Shown here: positions 39,100 through 49,451 of the stretch, piece after piece
Layout: every line of letters starts with the position of its first letter
Position numbering within the stretch: the stretch's first letter is position 1
DNA from: Octopus vulgaris
Lineage: Eukaryota
DNA: 64,000 nt
Assembly (NCBI GenBank): GCA_951406725.2
Contig: OX597837.1
Span: 24,304,001 to 24,368,000, forward strand
Direction of reading: 5' to 3'
Position numbers and translations under genes: made by a program
The notes under the pieces: generated by a model
Told to the model about the DNA's origin: nothing
Seen by the model: only the letters and a program-made list of their open reading frames with translations
The model's database searches: none

Positions 39100-41806
39100 G
39101 AATTTGAGTCTATTAGATAGAGTTCAGGTTTAGTAGCTAGAGAACGTATGAGGGAAAAAGAATTAGTTAAGGCCCTAGAGTTAAGGCCCATGAGAAATGG
39201 CAACACATCCCAGGTGAAGCACATGGAGTGTATTATCAGGACTAGACTTCTTGCAATGGGAAGCGAGGGAATCAAGGCTGCTGGATGGGCATGAGTGGTG
39301 GAGGCTCAATGTGGAAATGATACCATAATTCGATCTGTGGTGAACCAACAAGGTGAGTTGATAAACGAACCCAAGGAGATGTGTAAGACTTTCCAGGAGC
39401 GCTTCGCCCTGCTTTTCGGGTGAAGTGATGGACCAGATAGTAGGATAGACCTTACAGACATCCTCGCCAGGTCTCTTGGGGCAGGATGCGGAGATCTGTG
39501 AAAGGTCAATCACACCTGAGGAGGTGATAGAGGCTATAGTGGACTGCAGTGGTGGTAAGGCACCAGGCCTCGATGGTCTACCATACGAATTGTATAAGAG
39601 TATGCCAGACTTGTTCAGGCACGTACTGGCTAGTGTTTACGCGAACTGGCAGCAGAATGGGTTGATCCCCAGACCTGTGCGCCGGGGAGTGGTGATACTG
39701 GTCAGGAAGGACCCAGACAAGGGGGATAGTATAGATAACTTTAGGCCCATCACTCTGCTAAATGCAGAGATGAAGATTTTGGCCAAGGTGTTGGCAAAAA
39801 GATTGATGCATGTCGTGGATGGCCTGATCGAGGAAGCACAAATGTGTGTGATCCCCGGTAAAACCATCCAGGATAATCTTCATCTTATATGCTACACCAT
39901 AGAAGAGTTTGGTAATGAATCTGATAAGGGCGGGGCACTGGTCCATTTAGACCAAGCTAAAGTGTTTGATAGGGTAGATCATCGTTACCTGGTATCTATT
40001 CTTGCACAGTTTGGACTAGGTTTTGGCTTCCTTAGGTGGATCATACAGTTGTACAACAATATCAACTCAATCATTCGGGTGAACAGTTTTCTCTCAAAGC
40101 TGTTCTGTATCAAGCATTCGGTTCACCAAGGGTGTCCACTCTCACCACTTTTCTATGTGATGGCCCTTGAGCCATTGCTGTGAAGGCTGAGTGGCATCCC
40201 GACGAATCCAGTTGGTGGAGCATCGGTTTCAGCTTACACGGATAACATCACTATCATCGTAGCCAAGATGGAACACCTACAGAAAGTAGACAAGACCATC
40301 AAGGCTTACAAGATGGTGGCAGGAGCAAAGACTAACCGGGAAAAATTGGTCGGCTTGCAACTTGGCACCTGGAGGGACGAGATGATGCCTTTGAATAGCG
40401 TCATGGGACACTGGACGGAGGGCTCAGTTAAGCTGTTAGGAATCTGGTCTGGCCCAGATCTCCAGATAGAAAAGAACTGGACTGAGGTAGCGAGCAAGGT
40501 GAGCCTGATAGTCAAGACCTGGTCTTGGTGGTGGCTGTTCTTGAAAGGGAGGGTAGAGGTGGCCAATGTTTATGACATCGGTCATTGTTTACCACCTAAC
40601 TGTCGTTCCTTGTCCAGATTCGTGGTTGGGCAAGTTGGAGAGGCAGATCTTCTACTTTTTGTGGACGAGCTTTGGTCCACTTGTGAGGTGTTCTATCTGC
40701 TGTCAAAAACCGTTAAAGGGTGAGTTAGGGATGCCTTGGCTGTTGATGCACAAACATGTGTTGAGATTGAGGCACCTCTTGCTTTATCTGGATGGTGAAC
40801 GGTTGTGGTCTCTGCTTGCAAAACGGATGTTCCCTAGGTTCACTAGTTTTGGTGGAAGAGAAAACTGGTTTCATTGAAAATCGAGGTTGGATACAAGTTA
40901 CACGGAGTGCCGCAAGGCTCTTCTCCAGTTCTGCAGCTCAGGCAATGCCAGCAGTTTGGGCACTACCGCAGATTTCTATAGTAGGTTGGTAGAGGCCGGA
41001 AACGTTAATGCCCTGGGGAAGACCCTGGGTCTTGATGATAATCAGTTGGACAGTCTGTTCCGCAGAACATTTGGGCCAAAGACACTGGATAATTTCCAAA
41101 AGTCTCTGGCCTGGCAGTGTTACCGAGGAGCCCTACCAGTTCGGGATAAGCTCACTAGACATGGTCATCCTGGCCCACAGGCCTGTCCAAGATGCGGGCG
41201 GGATGAGGAAACTGTCCCACATGCTATTGTTCAGAGTCCAGGTGTGTCAGAATTGTGGGCTTATACAGAACACCTGTTGTCAGATGTGAGGAGAGTACAG
41301 CTATCGTCTGTGTCAATTTTAAAAATTGACCCACCTGATTTCCTTACGGAAGAAGGTACGGATTGTTTTCTCATGGTAGTAGCAATCACAAAAGAGGTGA
41401 TTTGGAAGTCGAGAGTGAAAGGAGTAATGACAGGTAGCTTCATCTCTGGCCTTGCGTTGGTGAAGGCCTTCACCTTTCATCTGAAAAGGAAAGTGGGGCT
41501 AGAGAGGAGGTGCCTGTCAGCAAGAATGTATAAAGATAGATGGGTACATGTAGCATGAATGTTGGGTATGAAAGACTCTGCGTGAACACGCTATAAAGGT
41601 TACCAGGTGTCGGTAGAGAAACAGGGCTCATGGGGTTGGAGCGCCAACCTGTTTTAATACCTCATTTTTTTGTCTTTTATTGTTTTGTGATTGTCTTTTG
41701 TCTATCATACGATTATCATTTTTGTGCATTTTTAAATCTTATAACCATCCGTATGTGTCTGACCCCAGCCAGGCTGTACTGTCCCCTTGTGGGAAATCAA
41801 GAAATA
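39100..41806 (+). mobile_element. 5'-truncated L1/Tx1-like LINE (RT plus zf-RVT CCHC region), disrupted
   Basis: GKAPGLDGLPYE, NFRPITLLN...KILAKVLAKRL, LDQAKVFDRVDH, QGCPLSPL, AYTDN (degraded YADD), LAWQCYRGALPV...CPRCGRDEETVPH. Several stops and frameshifts. Confidence 0.92.
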
Positions 41807-41988
41807 GCTTACACAAAATTGTCATGGATTACCAAGGTGAACTTACCAGGGATACATATATACAAACTTTAAATTTTCTTACCAAAGCCTACCTGCATAA
41901 ATCAAAACAAGTAAATTTTAATCTATTTTTCAAATACTTTTTGGATTTTAAAACAACATTTGATATATTATAAAAACTTTATCTTCTC

Positions 41989-42080
41989 CATCTCTGACAA
42001 GCGGAAGTATTGTTTATCAATGTGTATCATCAATGGATTCCATTATAATGATAATACTTTCATGAAACAATCATAAGATG
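41989..42080 (+). ncRNA. Type I hammerhead ribozyme motif in right pseudo-LTR (CpG-decayed)
   Basis: CAUCU-CUGACAA-GCGGAAGUAUUG...UAAUACUUUCAU-GAAAC-AAUC-AUA-AGAUG. Perfect stem I CAUCU/AGAUG; G8 changed to A. Confidence 0.6.
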
Positions 42081-42468
42081 CATTAATTAACAAATTTTTA
42101 AACTGTCATGTTTCATATTTTTACATATATTTTTAATACAATACTATTTTAGACACATATATCTTTGTGAGAAATTTTTTTGATATGAAATTTCATGCTA
42201 TTATTTCAAAATACATATATATATATATAATCGCTCATACTTATGTCTAAATACTTTATAGTATTAATATTTTTGACACTTATAAAAAGAGCACTCATAA
42301 ATTCAGTGTATAATATTCTTACAGAATATATATAATTAATGATATATATATATATATATATAGTTAATCCAAACAAGAAAACACAGAAAAAAAGAGAAAA
42401 AAAACACAGCAACGCAGGACGTGGAACAATTAAAGTATTATGGATGCTCAGGAAAGAAGGGAAGGAGG

Positions 42469-42503
42469 GTTTAACGTTTCGAGCGGAGCTCTTCGTCGGA
42501 AAC
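42469..42503 (-). ncRNA. Minimal type I hammerhead-like motif (PLE terminal fragment)
   Basis: GUUU-CCGACGA-A-GAGC-UCC-GCUC-GAAAC-GUU-AAAC. Palindromic AACGUU; U4C variant. Confidence 0.6.
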
Positions 42504-42569
42504 AAGGAGAAGGGAAGACAGAAGAAAAAATATTTGAGCTGGTGGTGCTCAAGAGATCACATGTTGAAA

Positions 42570-42605
<36 letters not shown>

Positions 42606-42678
42606 GAGTATGTACATACATATAAAACAAGGTGGGAAAAAATAGTGCTTGAAAACCAGAGGTAGAATAATATGCTTC

Positions 42679-42822
42679 ATTGTTAAAGCTGCAAAAGCAT
42701 CACAAAAATATCACAAAAAGCTGCAACTCAGAGTTTCATGTTCCCATTTGTCGGGCAGTTGTGATCACAACTGCCTGACGAATGGGAGATATTTTTGTGA
42801 TGTTTTTTGCAGCTTTAACAAT
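42679..42822. repeat. Palindrome (centre gtga|tcac) carrying a minimal hammerhead motif
   Basis: Left arm on the minus strand (42721-42758): CUGC-CCGACAA-AUG-GGAA-CAU-GAAAC-UCUGA-GUU-GCAG. Right arm has intact CUGACGA but is internally deleted. Confidence 0.75.
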
Positions 42823-43689
42823 AAAGTGTATACATAATACATACATAAATGAAAGAGAGAGTGTGTGTGTGTGTATGAAAGAGAGAGAGAGGTTGAGGGA
42901 GAGAGTGAGTGAGTGCAATGTAGCTGGCACAATAATTCATTAAGTTTATACCCGTATGAAATAGAGTTGAAGATTGAAGAATATTTTATTCAACCAAAGG
43001 CAAGGGAGATAACTAAGAAAATATTTGAAATGGATTGCCAAACCAGATTCCATACGTGTGCATACACTCATGGACATACACATGCAAAGCAATCTTTCCT
43101 CCCAAGCATATGAAGAGTCAAATGTATAGAAGGGGGTTTAATAAATTATAACCCTCACTGTTAGAATATAAATGATGGAAACAGAATTCAGAGCTATAGG
43201 TTTTCTTCAGCTATCCAGGAGATAAAGGAAGTCCAGGATTTAGTTCTGTTAGCTGGGGAAGGAGATAGCTGAAAGTTCAATTTTCCTACAAGCAGAAGGT
43301 GTCCAGGATTCAATTTAGCAACTCGAGAATAAGGGGGTCTAGGGTTAACTGTAGCTACCAATGGAAGAAGAGGTCTAACTACCAAGAAATGAAAGGGGAC
43401 CGTGTTTCAGTTAAGCTAGCCAGGGGTGATAAGTGTTCAGTGTGGTTATGGACCCAGAGTTTATTTGGAATGTAACTCAACTCATCCTGGACACTGATAA
43501 AATTTAATGTCTAATATGAAAATTCTTATTTGAGATAAAGTGACAACCTCCTAACACTTTGTCAAATGAAATGTCATACTAAAGTGAAAGAAGCCATACT
43601 GACCGGGGTCAAAAAAGAAATCGAAGGAATAGGTCTCTGTTGAAGTCAGGTCAAGAGAAACCAGCTGGGGTTATGTGAAAGGTTACATT

Positions 43690-43916
43690 AGCCCTTTCGT
43701 TACCAACCCGGCTGAAACCAGCTCTGGCTCTGTAGTACAAATGTCTTGTTTTCATAAGTTTTGAATTAAAATCTCCCACCAAACCTTAGTCGCAATTTAT
43801 GTTCCTAACACAAGCTTAATGATAACCAAGTGATTTTACTAAATTCTTTGTTATATTTAATGTAATTGAAAGAAACACAGAGCATCCCAAAATAAATACA
43901 GTAACGAAAGGGTTAA
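43690..43916. mobile_element. piggyBac-like MITE, second family (ccctttcgttac...gtaacgaaagggttaa)
   Basis: TIRs and TTAA. Related copy at 61392-61824 (with nested MITE 61550-61769) and a partial copy at 21415-21594. Confidence 0.75.
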
Positions 43917-45249
43917 GGTCAAAGGAAAATGGTTATGCAGTAATAAGGTCAACCTCAATGATATTGCTGACACCAAAGATGACAAATTAATAGAGTTCAC
44001 AAACATATGCACACATTTGGAAGTGTATGCACATAGCTGGATTCACACACACAAACACATGTTGAGATCAATGTAACATAAATATTTCGCACAAATATGG
44101 AATGAGCAAAGTGAAATTCAAGTTCTGAGCCTAAAAATATATTGGAGCACTAATTAACAGAATGTATTTATTCTGTTAATTAATGTTCTAATTAGTGCAG
44201 AATTCAATACAGAATTGAATACACATGTGATGTACTTAAAATCCACTAATTATGGTTTTGTTTTATGTTGCTTGTTTCAGAATCACTCGTGTTTCCCTTG
44301 TCGCTGTTTCAATCATTGCTTTTCATCTGATTGTATTACTGCAATAGAGCCGACTTTGTCTTTCGTCCTTTCAGAGTCAATAAATTAAGTACCAGTTGTG
44401 TACTGGGGTCGATCTAATCGACTGCCCCACCTACCCCCACCCACTCCCCCAAAATCTCAGGCCTTCTGCCTTGAGTAAAAAAAGAACATCTTTGTATATC
44501 TTTGGTCTCTATGTCACTTCTTCTTTGTCACACAATGTTGTTAAGTTTGACAGGCTACATTATCTTGAATCTTAGTTCGCTTCTTATTCAGCTAGCTTTT
44601 ATTTCGTATTCGTAGCAAACACTTTCCCTTAGAATATATCATCTCCGAGTTTTTGGTTTCCAACACCTGCTTCCGGATTCACATTTGAGATGTGAAGGTG
44701 GAGAACAGTTATGGCAGTAAGCTGATGCTAAATGTTTCTCATTACTTGAGATTGTGGTTACGAAGTGTAAAACATAAGGAAAAATCTGATGATGATGATA
44801 ATTCTGAGTCAAATAGTAGGTATTCTAAGAGTTAATTAAAGATTAGTTGAATTTATTATCCAAGGATATTTGAATATGAGCAAGGACTATTCTTTGAAGT
44901 ATCCAAAATATTTAAGAAAAACAAAGAAAAACAGAAATTTTCCTCAGAGTAAAAGTGAAGCAGATGTTATTTAGCAAGGGGAACTTTAAGAATCAGTTAG
45001 TCAAAAGGTGCAAAAACAAATTCCTCATAAACCAAGCTCCAACTCTGAAAATCAAAATTTTTTTCTTGCTGCAGTTCATGTTAAACATCAACCATTTCTT
45101 TGATCCATTTCCATATCCTTTGGTTAATTATTCTTCTATCCACACAGCTCCCAAATTGTGTGAGTTCACTTATTTGACTTATTTTCTTCGTTATTCAGTC
45201 ACGAGGTGGAGGAGTAAAGGGACCAGGAACTTTTAGTGAAATCAGTTTG

Positions 45250-46430
45250 GATATGTATAGGCAGGCAGAAAATATCAGATTTAACCCTTAACATGTTGGA
45301 GGAGGAGCACTACGTCACCACATGAGTTTTTTCTTCTCTCGATGTGACAAAATACACCTGCAGCTACAAGAGAGGAAAACTCTACAGCGACATAATGGAC
45401 CTAAGTGTGTTAAAGATCAATAAGGATAACAATGATTAGGTAAACCTTGATGGGTTTTATTTGTCGCTCCTGTGAATCCAGGGAGCAGTGCAAAACTGTT
45501 TCTTTGATGTGTAATGACTGAATCTTTATGCTGCCTCAGTGGAAATTAGGTCGTTATGTCCCCATAGATGGAATGATTGTGGTGTTCAAAGGAGGAGACA
45601 CTATTGGTATGGTGACAGAAGGTTTACTCAGTCAGAGGAGCAGAAGCCATTGCAGGAGAGGTAAAAGAGACAGAGGAAAAAAAGTAAAAATAATTAGGTT
45701 TAGGTGATTGGGTATTTGCCAGGATTAGTATAGGACAATTGTGTAGCAACAGCATTGCTACAAAGAGGAATATATCAGCAATTAGGGCCTAATCGAGCGG
45801 AAATATTTCCTGATTCTGAAAGGGACATGTGATGTTTGGGATGCAATCTTTGCTATATTATATATATTCAAGATTGCAACACGAGATCAGATATTGTGAG
45901 GCTAAACATTTATAAATACCATCAGGGATTTACTGATTAACTGTCTGTGTGTAGTACAAAAAAAAAATAAACTGTTTTCTTAAATGTGTATTGATTGAAC
46001 ATTTGTGTTGGTTGCTCACAGATGAATGCCCTATTTAGAGGAGGATTTCAAGGTTTCTAGTCATAGAAGCATGAGTCTGGCATAATGGAAGCCCATAAAC
46101 AAGGTAACTTAGCTAGGAAGTCCTCATGCAAGTTGAAGGCTTTGCAGATGTCAATGGCAACAATATTGCTTTCAGCAAATTTCTCCAGGAAAAAAGGAGA
46201 GACAAGTAAGTGCTTAGCAGATCTTTGGTAGAGCTCTTTGGAAAATGTAATGAGAAAGGAGAAAAACCTTGGGAAAATTGGTCTATGGGAACTGCATCCA
46301 GAAAGGAGAACATCATGGAAAAGCATGCCTATGGAAACTCTATTGAGAAGAGATCTTTGACAGAGTTTGTTAATGGAAACTTTATTGAGAATAGACATTG
46401 AAGATGATATTTCCAATTTCTAAATCTTGG
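45250..46430 (-). mobile_element. Highly degenerate LINE RT relic (Jockey/CR1-like)
   Basis: AESNIVAIDICKAF and ...FLAKLP motifs in ORF 46057-46416; many stops. Confidence 0.45.
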
Positions 46431-47149
46431 ATATGACAGTACTAGAAGTGTGATTGGTTTGGGTGAAAGAGTTTACTTTTCTTGGGAAATAAACACACTG
46501 CCAATGTGTGTGAGAGAGAGAGATTGAACAGTTTAGAGAGGGTAAGATCTAGTTTGGGTACACACTATTTGAGGCCCTGTCATTGACACAAAGTTCGTTC
46601 ATGATAAAAACCTCCCTGCTGGTGACAGTGACATCCTTAAGGTCTTACAACTGCAAGCAAACCACCAAAAAGGGATCTATTATTAAGGTGATAAAAGGCT
46701 ATGGTAAGCTATATAACAATGCTTACAAGAACATTGGATAACAAGTTACTTAAAGATCAGCAGAGAAAAGCCTTGAGAACATTTTTTTAAAAGGTGTGTC
46801 ACTGATGGGAAAAACTAGTTTGCATATAAAAGTTGGTGTTTCTTTTAATAAGGTCGGGCTCAGAACTTTTGAATCAACCCCTAAATATTGACACATAAAC
46901 ATCCATCATTTAGATTAGTAGTATATTACTTGAGCAGATCTTTCTACAGATGTTATAGCTCACACATACATCTGTGTACATGTGTGTTATCACTGATATA
47001 ATATATTCTACATTCGTATACACTATTTACAACTGAGACCAGAGTGATGTATACTATTTGCTAATTTCTCTCTCTCTCTCTCTCTCTCACTTATTTTCCC
47101 TCTCTCTCCACACTAACATACGTGAGATCACTATATTTATTCATACATT

Positions 47150-47327
47150 TATACACACACACACACACATATGTATATGTGTGTATTTGCATATATGTGC
47201 ATATATTTGTATATATGTATATATATCTATATATATATATATTTGTGTATGTGTGTGTGTATATATATATATATATATCTATATATATATATGTATATAT
47301 ATCTATATATATATATATATTTGTGTA

Positions 47328-47358
<31 letters not shown>

Positions 47359-47391
47359 TTGTGTATGTGTGTGTATATATATATATATATA

Positions 47392-47428
<37 letters not shown>
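47150..47428. repeat. Long compound (TA)n/(TG)n microsatellite
   Basis: Directly visible. Source of the YIYI/CVCV ORFs. Confidence 0.95.
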
Positions 47429-47431
<3 letters not shown>

Positions 47432-48443
47432 CGCATATTGCCCCTGAGTTTGAAACAGAACACTGGTAGAAAACTGAAATTGTGTAAAATGTTTACAGAC
47501 AACAAGGATGATGATGATGATGATAATGATGTTGATGATAATAGAACTGTACAGAATAAAAGAAAAAAAAAAACCCAAAAAAAAAACAAAAAAACGGTGA
47601 AGATGAGTGAGTGTGCGGCAGATTATGACATCATTTCAGCTGAAGTATGGCCACCATTCAAGGTTGATACAATAAGAAGGAACACATCGTGGATATGGCA
47701 ATCTCACAGTTTAAAACATACTATTTCATTATAAGGAGATGGCAGTTAACTCTTATGATTGTCATTTAACTTGCATCATTGAAATTGTCAGTGAAAAATA
47801 GTTTTGTCGTTTCAGATCAATACAATCACTACCCAAAACAGACACCACAAACACCCTTGCACACACACAGGCACATTCAGATACTCACACGCACTTGAAT
47901 CAATGAAAGAGCTTCTTGGTAGCTGCTCACTATACTCGATATAAGAGCTAAATCTCCCTCTAGCATCTTTTAGAACGGAGACCACATATTTTTTGGGGAG
48001 TTTTTTTCTCTCTTTTTTTTTTTTGGCTTATAAGGATATCTTTTGCATCATAAATAAATACAGAATAAAGATCAACAATATAAAGAGGATGGCCACAATA
48101 TATACACTGATCAAATAAGGGAATTCAATCCAAACTGACACGCTGGACCTCTTATATTTGCATATTCAGGGCTATGGGCCCCGTGACTTGCTGCTAAACA
48201 TTATATCAGCACCACTATGTTAAACAGCAATAAACCTATACATACCTCACTCACACACAATCATTATCATTATTATTATTATCATTATTATGATATCTGT
48301 GAGTTCCATGTCTCTGATTGAACAATTGGAATCATAAAACAGTTATGACTGAAGAAGCTTTGGCTTCTAATAAAACAGGCACACTATTTTAAATATTGAG
48401 TACTTTCCTCATTTGTAAATGCAAATAATCAATCAATCCAGGC

Positions 48444-48474
<31 letters not shown>

Positions 48475-48835
48475 TATATATATGTATATATATTTTACAC
48501 ACACTTATATACAAAATAGAATACAGTTAAATAAAACAAGTCCTTGAACTGGAATCCAGTCTTATAGTCAGGAACAAATATAATTTTTGATTTTGTTTTT
48601 GCAATACAGCCCATCTTGTCTTTTTTTAATTCTTTTTTTCTGGGGGTTAGGGCTTTCAGCTGCTTCCAGAAATAAGTTAAATGGTAGGAAAATTGAAGAA
48701 AGACTCTCTCAAAAATTCTTTATGAATGGTGAGTAGACTTTGGTGAGCAATGAGAGAATTGCTAGAAATTATAAAGTAGTGAAAATGATTTTAGTAAAAT
48801 GCAAGGTGATGGTGGTGATGGATTTTTTTTTAGCC

Positions 48836-49126
48836 TTATTCTAGAACTAAGGCACTGTTTAAGAAAATGTTCATAGTGATTTCGGAATCAGTGTCATTAC
48901 CTTTACTGCTGCCATCTGGTAGTTCCCGTCGTCCTGGCAACAGGAACACTATTGATGTGGCAATGAGTATATGCCAGAGGCTGTGAACATATTTATAATT
49001 TGTTTCGGTCTCAAACAGTGTGAACAAAAGAAGGCCCACCAGAGCCAGTATCACTCCAGGTAGTAAGCAGAAGACATATCGACGCCACGTTGGGTAACAA
49101 TGATGCCTCAATCGACATTGGTAACC
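48836..49126 (-). CDS. TMEM8: TMEM8/PGAP6-like terminal coding exon (GYQCRLRHHCYPTWRRY...ETETNYKYVHSLWH...stop)
   Basis: Acceptor tttcAG at 49127-49129 and TAA at 48836-48838. 291 nt. HCYP..WRR and ET..NY.Y.HS.WH are TMEM8 motifs. Confidence 0.95.
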   Translation of the reverse strand, partial: GYQCRLRHHCYPTWRRYVFCLLPGVILALVGLLLFTLFETETNYKYVHSLWHILIATSIVFLLPGRRELPDGSSKGNDTDSEITMNIFLNSALVLE

Positions 49127-49159
49127 CTGAAATGAAGGAGATTGTAAACACTTTTAAAA

Positions 49160-49190
<31 letters not shown>

Positions 49191-49222
49191 TGTATGCATG
49201 CATGCATGTATACGCACATACG

Positions 49223-49451
49223 TTTCTTTACTACCCACAAGGGGCTAAACATAGAGGGGACAAACAAGGACAGACACACGGATTAAGTCGATTACATCGA
49301 TCCCAGTGCATAACTGGTACTTAATTTATCGACCCCGAAAGGATGAAAGGCAAAGTCGACCTCGGCGGAATTTGAACTCAGAACGTAGCGACGGGTAAAA
49401 TACCGCAAAGCACTTCGCCCGGCGTGCTAACGTCTCTGCCAGCTCGCCGCC
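49223..49451 (-). mobile_element. Family M SINE in last TMEM8 intron
   Basis: Full head and tail; TSD atgtatacgcacatac. Confidence 0.85.

Larger units (their letters stand above)
37942..42215 (+). mobile_element. Penelope-like element remnant with ~250 bp inverted pseudo-LTRs, hosting CR1 and Tx1-like insertions
   Basis: 37942-38194 is the reverse complement of 41961-42215. 38921-39070 reads NCPCKNKESCP*EGKCRRLNMIYK...VYIGSSVNFKQRF, a GIY-YIG with Cys linker. Confidence 0.8.

Noticed and set aside
39476-41558. Intact or domesticated reverse transcriptase gene
   Set aside because: In-frame stops, frameshifts, catalytic YADD degraded to YTDN, and no 5' endonuclease region.
47058-47734. Long YIYI/CVCV ORFs (also 8258-8589, 25298-25830, 29795-30019)
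   Set aside because: Dinucleotide and tetranucleotide microsatellites.
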